A DNA stretch of 63,602 nt, filler included, from Guillardia theta CCMP2712 (Eukaryota; Protista; Cryptophyta), in assembly GCF_000315625.1 (NCBI RefSeq). It is 5 parts of 5 records of this genome, joined end to end, with 100 filler letters (N's around TTAATTAATTAA, not from the genome) between each part and the next. Parts side by side here need not be neighbours in the genome. Positions count along the whole stretch, not along the records: positions 36,723 to 60,102 come from NW_005434398.1; 4 more parts are not named here. One strand, written 5' to 3'. A model generated the notes under the pieces. The model was not told the DNA's origin. It did no database searches and saw nothing but the letters and a program-made list of their open reading frames with translations. This document shows, in pieces, positions 48,461 through 58,539 of this stretch. The position numbers and the translations under genes were made by a program. Every line of letters begins with the position of its first letter. The stretch's first letter is position 1.

Positions 48461-51400
48461 TGCGTGATAGAACCGGGTCAGACCTACGGCGCCTGCTCCT
48501 GCTTCCTTACCAAGGTCACCCCGCAGTCCTGCACGGCGTCGCAGGTGGGGCATTCGGTGAACTATAAGCTCTCCGGGCTATGCATGGCGCAGGTGACCAG
48601 CAGCATGGGCGGGTTCAGCGCCGCGTCGAGCTCCACCAACACGATCAGCTACAAAAACCTGCTGGCCACACCCTGCTACAACGCCGACCCGGCCAATATG
48701 TACTGCTACAGCGTCTACAGCTCGGCGTTGAGCTACTCCCCCATGCTGGTCTCCTTGGGGGTGAGCGGGATATCAGGGTCGGGTGGTCAGGGGCCCTACG
48801 GTAGGCGACTGCTCGGCATTGACGACGGGCCAGAGTTCTTCAGCCATGACGATGCATGCATGGACGCATGGGATGAGTTCCTTGCTACCAACAAGAGCAC
48901 AAGGGTGATGGCGGGCTGTGTCACCCGCTTTGCCGCCACTTACGACGTTGTTTCCCAGCACGGCATGTTAGACTACATCCCACCGAATATGTTTGTCAGC
49001 TGGTCGGACTTCATTGCAACCGTGGGAGAGAGACCAGAGTCCCTTCTTATCCTGCTCTACTCGCCAAGGATGGCGGTCGACCTTATCTTCAGGACTCCCA
49101 CCTTCAACCGCCTTTACCGGTACTACTTCATCTGGGTGTCAGCTCTGTCCGATGCCTATTTCGACATTGCCGTGCATAAGAGGCTCGACGCCAACGGCAG
49201 CCTGCACTACGAGGTCGACGCGGATGGTGGCGTCTTCATCAACGGCCACAATATCAGTGAGATGACGCTGATACTGCTCAACCTGCTCCACGGCGCGCAC
49301 CGCCACTTCAATGCCACGGAGACAAACCACACCCTGAGCCTCGCGGTGAGGAACAGGGAGTCGGTCAGGAAGCTCCTCTCGATGACGAGCCTCTCGCCCC
49401 TCGCCACCGAGCTCCTGTACAACGGCAGCGGGGTGGAGGAGAGGGTCACCCTACGCCACCTCATGCAGTTCACCTCCTGGAAGACACAGATGAAGGAGGT
49501 CCAGAGGTTCACGGGCTCCACGGCCCTGAACAACGGCGTCCAGCAATCCGTGGGGACGGCCACCGATGCTGCCTGGGTGAACAGCCCCTTTGCATGGCCC
49601 ATCAACTACGACTTCGGCGGGACGGTGCTCCAATGCCAGCTTCCATTACGTCATGATCTTGAATTACTCAATAATGCATCTGGTACAAAGGCTGGCCCAG
49701 TGGGCCAGATCCAATTAGTCCTGAGGGGGGCATAGCTTGCCGTCCGGGGTCCAGAAGCACACATATCTGCTTTAGACTACCCTCCTTTCCCCTATCAAAT
49801 GTCGGGTGGTGTAGCACTACCCCGTTTGTGGTTGTGAGGTCCTTCAAGGGGGGTAGACGAGGCAAATTGAGGCTGTTCTTGGAGCCTGTTAGTACCGGAT
49901 CTCGAGCTCCTCGTACAGTTCTAATACGCTTTTAAGGCGATTTCAGGGTGATGGTGAACTGTGTTCCACCCCCCCGCACCCAACAAACGGCTAGTTTGAA
50001 TTTACATGCATGAGTACCCCCATTTTAACCCCAGGTTCTCTTGGGAATGCGAGGGTAGGTGATTGGAAACAAGACACCTCCACCCCCTGCTTTCCAAGTT
50101 TGAAATATAGAAAAAGGGGGTAGGGGTCACCCCTTTCCTTCACTTTCCCCAAATCCCCCCTCCCTCGACCAAGCAAGAGATGGCGAACCGATCCCTTGCT
50201 CGCGCGCGACAACCAATTTGAATGGTGAGAGACTTCGAATCTATGTGTACTGTCATGTGGATGAATAGAAAACTTCTCTTTGAACCTATCCATAATGGTT
50301 GAGAACCACTCTTGGATTCCAAGAGGAAAGAGAAGATTTGAATCTGAGTTCGTTGAGTTGCTTGTGAATACAAAGAAGCTTTGAAGCATGGTGAGAATAG
50401 TTTTAACTGTATGTTAATGATGATGTTTGCTTTCTTGATCTTGTGATGGTGTAAATATGCATCAAATACTGTTTTGAGCGGCAAGGATTCAAATTTGCAT
50501 GGTTACATTATCCCAACAAGCATGTCACTTGCCTTCTTGTGTTTGCACTGAGACGCCTCGATGATGATGTATCTTAGTTATATAAGCGATTTTCACACTT
50601 TGAGAAGGAAAACATGAGGAAAGTGGATCAGGGTGCGATGAGAGATGCAACCTTCGAATACTTGATGGAAATGCGATCCTCCTTGTTGCGTTGCCACCCT
50701 AGCATCCTGGTACCAGAATGCTACGTGAGATGAAAGTGAAGCAGATTTGAAGATACTTGCTGTTGCTTTTCTATGTTTGTGATGGATTTGAATCAGGTGA
50801 ACGCCAAAGAAAGTGGCGTCACCAATGATGCTTGCACATTGTATGCAGATGTATGTGACTCTCTCTCTGTTGGTGACATTCATTTCATGCAATGAGGAAC
50901 TTGCACGTCACATACTCTAGCATGGTACTATGCATGTGATAGCGTGCAACTGTTTCATTCACAGGGTAGCTTCAATAAAGTCAAATCATCACATCCTTGC
51001 TGGTTAGATTCGTCTTACATGCCAATGCTCGTCGCCATGTAATTCTTTACATTCTTGTGCTTGTGGCTTTGTTAAGCAGCCACACTCCACCATGCCGGGC
51101 ACTGAGCCTGGCATCGTGCACATGATGGTCATACATATAGCTTTACAAGCAACTAATCGAATAGGCAAACAAAGATGAAGAAAGCATGAGACATCAGCTG
51201 CCTCCAGACAAGGTTAGCTCTCTGCCAGCGAACGCATCAGCCACTTGAAAGCTGAATCATGATTGAGATCGCCAGAATTGTCTGTCGCACTGCAGTTGAT
51301 TTTTGAAAACAACTCTCATGAGCTGTACTAGCCATTCCTTCTCTCAGAGTCTTCTCTCATGCGATTCCATTGCCGAGGAGTTTTCTCTCGTGCTTTCAAG

Positions 51401-53431
51401 TATTGATAGTTGAAGGCTGGACTTGAATGCCGGGCGTTGTGCATCAGTGCACTTCTCTGAGCAGTGGAAGCAGAGCCATTGCAACAAGCCCATCACAGCT
51501 AAGATGATAAATCTGTCGGTGAAAGAAGTTCAAAGCCAAAGAGGACGGAAGGTGTAACTTGCGGTTTGGAATAAATCTACAGCCAGACACGAGTCTAACT
51601 TGTACATAGTCATAATTGTGACAATTGTACGACATGTATGAATGAAATATATTCTATTGATGTTACTTTGTCTAGAACAAGAACATGCATCTGAAAGGTT
51701 GTAGTGTAATCCCAACATTTTACACATGCGAAGCATCATTATCTAATGTCAAAATATAATGAGGTAGCGATGCAAATCATGATGAAAACTTCAAGACGTT
51801 TGAATTCGGACTGGCATCTTGCATGGCGCCACAGATGATTCAAATCATGAAGTGCAGATCTTGAAAATCTCGAGGTGCTTGCACTAAAGCGGCTTGACAA
51901 CTATCGTTCAGCTTCATTCTAACTCAGAAGAAGACGCTGCCTGTTCCAAACATCTCCAAGATTGCATCAATCTCAAGTTTTTCATTCATGCCAAACCAGC
52001 ATTCTCAGCCTTCAATCCCATGAGAAGCGATAATCGAGGTGTGACGTACCTCTACGCAATCATACTCCTTCACCACCTGCTTCAGACCTCCATTTCTTCA
52101 TGTCAGACTTGATACTTGTTTGCTTTGAACGAAGAACACAAATGCCTGTTGCTTCAGCTCTTGCATGCGCCGACGCCATGCATCATGGAGGGCGCTTCGG
52201 TACTGCGTGCCGGCGTGTAGATGGCGACATGTCGGGCGTGTAGGGGAAGCCGGGGAGTACTCGAAGTCAATTTGAAACTGGATTTGAAATTTTACATACT
52301 TGTAAACAGTACCAGAAAGCAACTTTAAAACCTGTAGTAGACCACCCCACCCCACAATTTGATGTGTTTGCGAACAACCCCGTTCAGGAAGAAATGGACC
52401 AAATTTCAAGATCATGACGTAATGTGTCGAGGTCGGTTGTGCTGGTCAAGGATGCGTTCACCAACACCTCGCTCTACTACACCAACGGGCATGCCCTTGC
52501 CGCCACCCCCAGGGCTATCGTGTCGGGCAGTTGGCCCTTCAGCAACCTCCCCTACCGCGGCCCCGTCCCCCCGCTCAAGCAGCCGGCGAATCAGAACTTC
52601 TTCAACATGATCGTGTATCAGGCGACCGTGTGGATCGACAATACGCCCTTCAATCGCCAGTTCTTGTATGACCTGTTCGGGGCATTGCCTGGCGAGATCC
52701 TCGACCTATCCAAATGCGACAGGCAGGCCGTGATGCTCTGCACTCGCCACCACTACACCCTGCTGGTATCCGGCTTCGTGATCGCGGTGGTATGGATGGG
52801 GCTGTCACTGGTTCTGACGTCCTTCCGCATCCCCCACATCACAGCCCTGCTGTGGACCACATACCCGGCCATCGTGGTGTATTATGCCTTTGGCGTCTCC
52901 CCGCTTTGCTTCCCGATGATTCCGACCTGTCTACTGGAGGACCTTGTCAATGTCCTCAATTTCTTCTTCCCCGCCACCATCCAGTTCCCCGACAGCCTGC
53001 AGGCAAGCCCGGGGTGCCTTTCCAACGCTCATAATTCCACGGAGAGGGCGGCCTGCATCCTATCCTGCTCCCAGCAGCCCTTTGATTATGTATCGTGGGA
53101 GGCGGAAATCTCCTGGTGGACCTGCCTCGTATCCACGGGTCTCTGCAGGTCGGTCGATAGCTTCGTCACCAGCCGCCCCGTCCTCAACAAGCTCACCTCC
53201 CTGCACAAGAACCTCGCAGTCAAGGCCGCGATTGTGGAAGGCAACAACATGGATATGATCGTGGCGCAGTCGGCATGCGCCACCCTGAACATCTGGAGGA
53301 TCATACCCCTCATCATGATCCTCTTCCTCGTGTTCTACGCCTTCAGCGTCATCGCTACCTTCCCCTTCTTCCTCTTCAATGAGGTCATCAGGCTGGCGAT
53401 CCAGAGCGTGATCATGACGCACACGGACTAG
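48459..53431 (+). pseudogene. Large Cys-rich multi-pass membrane/surface protein interrupted by an insertion (segments ~48459-49643 and 52425-53431)
   Basis: Removing 49644-52424 joins ...CAG CTT C|TG TCG AGG... in frame (QCQLLSRSVVLVK). Cys-rich ectodomain, GRRLL motif, N-glycosylation sequons and C-terminal TM helices. Confidence 0.8.
49644..52424. mobile_element. Non-autonomous TIR element, perfect 20-bp TIRs, no TSD
   Basis: CATTACGTCATGATCTTGAA (49644-49663) and TTCAAGATCATGACGTAATG (52405-52424); AT-richer, ORF-poor interior. Confidence 0.88.
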
Positions 53432-53488
53432 TTATTGAATGGTGGTCTTTACTTAGAACCTTACAGAATCAGAGCCTACGTCCAATGC

Positions 53489-53845
53489 CTAATAAAAGAT
53501 AGACAGGAGCAAGGAGTACAACTCCTCGTCGGTGGTCGGGACAACGAACTCGAATGGCTCGAGGCCATGCAGACTCCTCAGCCTCTTGATGCTGTGGTGC
53601 AGGCTGAGATAAGCTCGGATGAGCGCAATGAAGTTAGCACGGTTGGCAGGAAGGACGTGGATCCTCTTCGCAACCTCATTCAGCTGCTTGCGAGTGGGTT
53701 TGCAGTTGTGCTTCAAGTCCAGATGCAAGACGATGATGCATCGCAATTCCTCCTTCGTGCTACGAGCAAGTCTCTCGTAAATAGAGATTTGTTCACCTCT
53801 GGCCTGATTCCTGGTAGTAGAGTCTGTTTGACTGCGTGTGATCAT
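53489..53845 (-). CDS. Small basic protein, tandem paralogue 1 (MITRS... family)
   Basis: Aligns with 53946-54299 (MITRS.T..T.RN..R, KPTR.QL..VA..I, EELYSL.LS); TATTTAA ~39 nt upstream. Confidence 0.75.
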   Translation of the reverse strand: MITRSQTDSTTRNQARGEQISIYERLARSTKEELRCIIVLHLDLKHNCKPTRKQLNEVAKRIHVLPANRANFIALIRAYLSLHHSIKRLRSLHGLEPFEFVVPTTDEELYSLLLSIFY

Positions 53846-53883
53846 TTGAAGAAATGAACCGTGCCGGTAGAGAGTCGGGTGAC

Positions 53884-53890
53884 TTAAATA
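53884..53890 (-). promoter_or_regulatory. TATTTAA box
   Basis: Conserved with its downstream leader in both paralogues; the same motif lies upstream of other island genes. Confidence 0.55.
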
Positions 53891-53945
53891 TTGAATGGTG
53901 GCTTTTATTTGTAAGCTTACAGAATCAAAGACCAATATCTCATGC

Positions 53946-54299
53946 CTAATCAAGCACAGACAGGATCAAGGAGTACAACTCCTCCGCGGAGTCAGCGAAA
54001 ACCAACTCATATGGCTGATTTCGATCTAGACCCATCAGCGACCGGATCTTGTAGTCATTGTAATGGACAAGGAAGATGCGGTTCAGGAAAAGACCACGTT
54101 CGCAAGGACATCCGTAGATCTTCCTCGCGACCTGCATAAGCTGCTCACGGGTGGGTTTGCCTCTCTTCATGTTGGAATGGAAGCGGACAACCTTTCGGAT
54201 GACTTCCTTCTCATGCCGAATATGTTGCTTGTATTGTGATACCATCGTATCTCTGATCTTATTCCTTCTGGTTGCGTTTGTTTTACTGCGTGTGATCAT
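53946..54299 (-). CDS. Small basic protein, tandem paralogue 2
   Basis: As for paralogue 1; same spacing of TATTTAA (54338-54344) to the ATG. Confidence 0.75.
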   Translation of the reverse strand: MITRSKTNATRRNKIRDTMVSQYKQHIRHEKEVIRKVVRFHSNMKRGKPTREQLMQVARKIYGCPCERGLFLNRIFLVHYNDYKIRSLMGLDRNQPYELVFADSAEELYSLILSVLD

Positions 54300-54337
54300 T
54301 GTAGGAAATGAACCGTGCCAGTAGAGCATCGACTGAC

Positions 54338-54344
54338 TTAAATA
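54338..54344 (-). promoter_or_regulatory. TATTTAA box
   Basis: Same position relative to the ATG as at 53884. Confidence 0.55.
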
Positions 54345-54433
54345 TCGCATCGAAATCTCGGCATGTGTAACAAAAAAAATCGATCCATCCCCTGCGCTCA
54401 AGGTGACACTGACTCATCGGTGCTTTGAGATGC

Positions 54434-55411
54434 ATGCAAGTGAGTTGCGATGAGTGCTTCGTCTGCAAGCGCTGCCGGGACGGAAGGGTGTCGAGATGCA
54501 AGGCGTGCAGGCCCTGCTTAGACTGCAGTGATCAGAGGGTGAGATGTTGGAGGGGGGTCAGCGCTCCGTTCCTCCTCCCGCGGGGGTTGAAGGGGCATCG
54601 GTGCGACTGGCAGACCATCGATATCGACCTTGCGGGTTGCAGAGAGTGCGGTGCCATCCATCGCTGCGATGCATCCTCCTGCCCCGTGTCCGAGGAGAAT
54701 GACAGCCATGTATGTCTCATCACGGGCAACTGCGTGAGGATGAAGAGGTTCACGAGGGACGAGTTCATGGACAGCGTGGTGATCATGGACCTGCCCGAGG
54801 CGATGGATAGGGAGGTCAAGCTGCTTGTCGAGATGCGGGAGGTGAAGGATAAGGTGGAATGGATCCTTATGTCCTCCACGGCCCTTCAGAGCTTCGACCA
54901 GGAGCGTGGGCGTATGGAGCAGAAGCACCGCCATCTGATGTGGAAGGCGTTGAGGGAGGTGAAGGTGCAGGGGAAGATCCCGAACCTCTGCGAGGTGATG
55001 ACGAAGATACTGTATGCCACCAACAAGATCAGGGTCTGCAGCAACACCTTCCAGGAGGACCTCCGCTCCCTCATCTCGGAGCGCTGCACCCACAGCATCA
55101 CCCGCTTCCTGAACATGATGGGTCAGAGGTTCAAGAGCGTGCTTTCAAGTCTGAAGAGCACCGTGCTCATCATCGGGACGCTATACCTGATGCGCATGGG
55201 CATATCGATGAACAACATCATCCTGCTTCCCCGCATTCCCCAGCTTCAGCTGCTCCTCCCCATCGAGACACACCTCAAGAGCTACTTCCACGTCAAGTGC
55301 AAGAGCATCACGGAGGTCGAGAACATGATCAAGATGTGCCTCCGGGGGCTGAGCTCGGGAGAGCTGGAGAGAATGGGCTTCACCGTGGTGGAGAACGGGG
55401 TCGTGGTGTGA
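54434..55411 (+). CDS. UL92-like (herpesvirus late transcription factor family) Cys/His-rich protein
   Basis: CRECGAIHRCDASSCPVSEENDSHVCLITG = C-x2-C-x3-H-x-C-x4-C-x10-C-x2-TG. Extra N-terminal CxxC repeats, intronless, AATAAA just after the stop. Confidence 0.7.
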   Translation: MQVSCDECFVCKRCRDGRVSRCKACRPCLDCSDQRVRCWRGVSAPFLLPRGLKGHRCDWQTIDIDLAGCRECGAIHRCDASSCPVSEENDSHVCLITGNCVRMKRFTRDEFMDSVVIMDLPEAMDREVKLLVEMREVKDKVEWILMSSTALQSFDQERGRMEQKHRHLMWKALREVKVQGKIPNLCEVMTKILYATNKIRVCSNTFQEDLRSLISERCTHSITRFLNMMGQRFKSVLSSLKSTVLIIGTLYLMRMGISMNNIILLPRIPQLQLLLPIETHLKSYFHVKCKSITEVENMIKMCLRGLSSGELERMGFTVVENGVVV

Positions 55412-55849
55412 GAGCCAATAAAATGTTTCAATCGGTACTGGGTGCTGGTGGTCGGGAGATTCTCCCCAAGCCATGCAGTACCAATTTGCGGTGAGGAAAA
55501 TGGTGAAAGGCGCTGTCTTCTGCCCGTTCTGCCATTGGCCCCCACATCTCAGGCCCTGGAGGCGCTGCCCCTGCCCTTGGGCGAGGCTCATACCGGCCTT
55601 CCAGGGCGCAAGGCGCGGGTGCGAGCCGAAGAGGAAGGAAGGATAGAGATTAGGTTTTATTTTACTTCTTCTCGCGAAGACTTAATAAATGATCGTTGCA
55701 TTTGAGGATGGCGTAGATGGCCTCTGAGAAGAGGCAGGCTTCGGATCGCACGTGCAATACCTTTTCTTCGCTGCTCTCCTTGCCGTCCAAATCTTCGTAC
55801 TGCGCGACATCGTAACACGCTGTGACCTCTAAGTGTTAAATACACGGGT

Positions 55850-56221
55850 CTAAAAGAATCCCCAATGCCTCCGCTTCTTGACGCGCACGATGTCCACCTC
55901 GGTCAAGGTCACCGGGGCGGTGGAGCTGAGGACCTTGACGTGAAGGGCGATCCTCTTCCCCTCGAGGGGCACGACGCCAACGTTCTGAACCCTGACGGGG
56001 TTTGCGTCGCGTATGAGCTGCAGGTCCGAGAGGCTCAGGATGCTGTCGGAGGTCTTGGCGATGATGACGAAGCCATCCTTGGAGGTGCGGACCTCGTAGT
56101 CGTGGAAGCATAGGTCCCTGGAAAGACCCTGCATCACCGCTACCACGTTCTCGATCACCACCCTGTCATCGGCCTTGATGCCAGAAAGCATGCCCTCCAT
56201 CGGGAGCACCGCACTTGCCAT
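55850..56221 (-). CDS. Hypothetical virus-like protein with a basic C-terminus (VKKRR)
   Basis: Intronless ORF, ATG at 56221, TATTTGAA at 56248-56255. Confidence 0.7.
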   Translation of the reverse strand: MASAVLPMEGMLSGIKADDRVVIENVVAVMQGLSRDLCFHDYEVRTSKDGFVIIAKTSDSILSLSDLQLIRDANPVRVQNVGVVPLEGKRIALHVKVLSSTAPVTLTEVDIVRVKKRRHWGFF

Positions 56222-56332
56222 TGATGACGATGGCCACACCTGAAGGGTTCAAATAGCTGCATTCGCGTGGGAGTGGTTTGCATGTGTGTTCTTGTTTTTT
56301 AATATCTATAACAGAAAGGTCTATCCTACCTA

Positions 56333-57655
56333 CTACTTGAAGATCCATCCGCAGCTTGCATAGAAGAATGCCATCAGGGCGATGAGCATAGCTGGGGACA
56401 TGATGATTACATCCAGACTTGGGTCATAGATGCCAGGCTTCAAGAAGCAACCCATGGTGTTGGAGACGGTGCGCACGTTGGCGGTGCGGTAATAAACCAC
56501 GCCGATGCTGAAGAGGGGGAGAACGCTTTGTATGACCATGTCGTCATCGCTGAGCAAGGCCAAGACGATGCAGTTCACCGCAACGATGATGTATGTCACG
56601 ATGCGGCGAGAGTAGAGTACGTACTCGGAAAGATAGGGTGCTACCTCCCATAGGCGCACCTTGTTGATGTTCCCGTGGTTCCCGATGCAATTGTTTGCAG
56701 GCTTGTCCTCGGTGTATTGCATCTCGCCCCTCATATCGTTTGTAATATTTGGGATGTACGGTATCTTGTTGTATGTCTGTGATACGGATACCATGAAGAC
56801 ATTGAAGCACAAGCAGGAGTACACCATGGAATAGATGAACATTGAGATATACTTGGTGACTATCTCATCGATCATACCCTGGCGCAGATTGTCGTAGTAA
56901 TACATGTTCTGCTTCAGTTGCTCGAACGTGTCAATGTCATTGCTGGAAGATTTTTTAGACACCACCATCTTCTTGTACATCTGATCCAGTTTCGACTGAT
57001 AGTAACTGGAGTATTGCTGCGATTCGTCGATGAGCAAGTCGATCTCGGCAGCCTCACGAGCTGTTTTGTGCAGGAATGTATACCCCACCATCAGCGTCAA
57101 TGTGCAGTACATCAACAAGGTGAAGTGAACCCAGCAGTGATTGTAGAAAAAGAAGGTGTTGTATCCCGTCTCAGAACCCACCTTTATCAGGCATGTTATA
57201 TGATTGTAGGCCATGCCCAACAAGTACCATCCGACCAGGTCAAACGTTATGAACATGACGATATCAACGTTCCCGCTGTTGTTCAGGTCCGTCGTCATCA
57301 GAAGCAGCGAGTAGTACAGAATCTGTAATATGGCTATGTATGGAACAATGTCCGGTATAGCCAAGTCGTAATAACTCCGCATAATGTACTCGAATTTGTA
57401 TTTGATTGCTAGGGTCATTAAAGCAATCAAGAGCTTCCAAAGGAGCATCAGGAACATGACCTTTGTCGGGTGAATGTAGAGGCTTAGCATGAAAGCGTTG
57501 CCGAGTAGGAAGTATCCGCCGACCGTGGAGGCATGTGAGACAAGTTGATCAACCTTGTCTTTTACCAGGTAGTACAATAGACCAGTCTTGATATCGGTTA
57601 TTTGTGTCCTCAACCATACAGGAACCATCCTGAGGTCCTTAGGGCAAATCAACAT
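56333..57655 (-). CDS. Multi-pass membrane protein of unknown function
   Basis: 440-aa intronless ORF with many hydrophobic segments; TATTTAA at 57660-57666 favours the ATG at 57628. Confidence 0.8.
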   Translation of the reverse strand: MLICPKDLRMVPVWLRTQITDIKTGLLYYLVKDKVDQLVSHASTVGGYFLLGNAFMLSLYIHPTKVMFLMLLWKLLIALMTLAIKYKFEYIMRSYYDLAIPDIVPYIAILQILYYSLLLMTTDLNNSGNVDIVMFITFDLVGWYLLGMAYNHITCLIKVGSETGYNTFFFYNHCWVHFTLLMYCTLTLMVGYTFLHKTAREAAEIDLLIDESQQYSSYYQSKLDQMYKKMVVSKKSSSNDIDTFEQLKQNMYYYDNLRQGMIDEIVTKYISMFIYSMVYSCLCFNVFMVSVSQTYNKIPYIPNITNDMRGEMQYTEDKPANNCIGNHGNINKVRLWEVAPYLSEYVLYSRRIVTYIIVAVNCIVLALLSDDDMVIQSVLPLFSIGVVYYRTANVRTVSNTMGCFLKPGIYDPSLDVIIMSPAMLIALMAFFYASCGWIFK

Positions 57656-57659
57656 TCAC

Positions 57660-57666
57660 TTAAATA
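57660..57666. promoter_or_regulatory. TTAAATA/TATTTAA box in a minimal divergent intergenic region
   Basis: Lies ~32 nt from the minus-strand ATG (57628) and ~37 nt from the plus-strand ATG (57703). Confidence 0.5.
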
Positions 57667-57702
57667 CTTTACAGCAGAAGTTGCGCCCACGTCATTGCAG
57701 GG

Positions 57703-58500
57703 ATGGAAAAAAGGCGCGCTCAAAACCCCGGCGCGGGGGACCAAATCCGTCCAAACCCCGAGACAGCGGTGCGCATGAGCCTGTGGAGCGACCCGCTCTG
57801 TGCGAGGGCGTTGATGCATCTCTGCATATGCGATAGGACATTTCTCCCAGGGGGAAGAAAACCTCCCTTGACCCCCCTGTTTCTCGACGGATCCTGCCGG
57901 CCGGGCCCGTCAGTAGACCGACTGCAGCCTTCAGCCCCGCCTCAGACCCCCTGGAGGCCCGCCAGGAGGCTAAGTGTCCGGAGATTGGCCGGGGGCCTGA
58001 TCTCTCCGATCCTCACCACCTTTATGGGGGAGCACTTCAGCATGTCGGTGAACATGCGAAAGTCCTACAACAGCCGGGACTACGAGGGGCTGCACCTTCG
58101 CCTCGACCCTGTAGAGAGCGCGAAGCTCTTCGATTACGCCATCGACCTGGTTGAACGCCGCGTGCCGTACAATTTCGCCGACCTGCTGTACCAACCGATG
58201 AAGGCCGTCCTCCCGGATAGCGGATTCTTTGAGGACGTCCCTAACGAAAGCTCCCTGCAGGTCAAGAAGGTCTTCTGCTCCCAGGCTTTCGTCCTAGCCC
58301 TGCGCAACAGCCTGCACAACGACGACCTCGCCGGGGCACTCATCGACGAGAGCCCAATCCAGCGGAAGAAGCTGCTCTGGAGGCTGATCAGCGAAAACAG
58401 CCGGCTCTGCACTCCCAGCGACCTCTACCATATCATCAGGCCTTACTGCAGGAGAGTGGACATGGACCGGCTCCGGCACGGCCATTTGTCTTACACATAA
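57703..58500 (+). CDS. Permuted papain-like NlpC/P60-type protein, disrupted in frame by a repeat copy
   Basis: PYN...KKVFCSQ...NSRLCTPSDLY motifs; 57835-58007 is repeat-derived. Confidence 0.55.
   Translation: MEKRRAQNPGAGDQIRPNPETAVRMSLWSDPLCARALMHLCICDRTFLPGGRKPPLTPLFLDGSCRPGPSVDRLQPSAPPQTPWRPARRLSVRRLAGGLISPILTTFMGEHFSMSVNMRKSYNSRDYEGLHLRLDPVESAKLFDYAIDLVERRVPYNFADLLYQPMKAVLPDSGFFEDVPNESSLQVKKVFCSQAFVLALRNSLHNDDLAGALIDESPIQRKKLLWRLISENSRLCTPSDLYHIIRPYCRRVDMDRLRHGHLSYT
57835..58007 (+). repeat. Internal direct copy of half of the 332-bp unit
   Basis: Identical to AGGACATTTC...GATCTCTCC of the array units. Confidence 0.95.
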
Positions 58501-58539
58501 TCTATGAAATACCTACGGAGTGGCTCCTAGACTCCTTCA

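Noticed and set aside
49991-52200. Transposase inside the TIR element
   Set aside because: Only short broken ORFs; no DDE or tyrosine-recombinase motif recognised.
57832-58010. GAT...GAT as a 3-bp TSD around the internal repeat copy
   Set aside because: The bases partly overlap the repeat's own flanks, and removing insert plus one GAT gives an upstream in-frame stop, so simple insertion is not supported.
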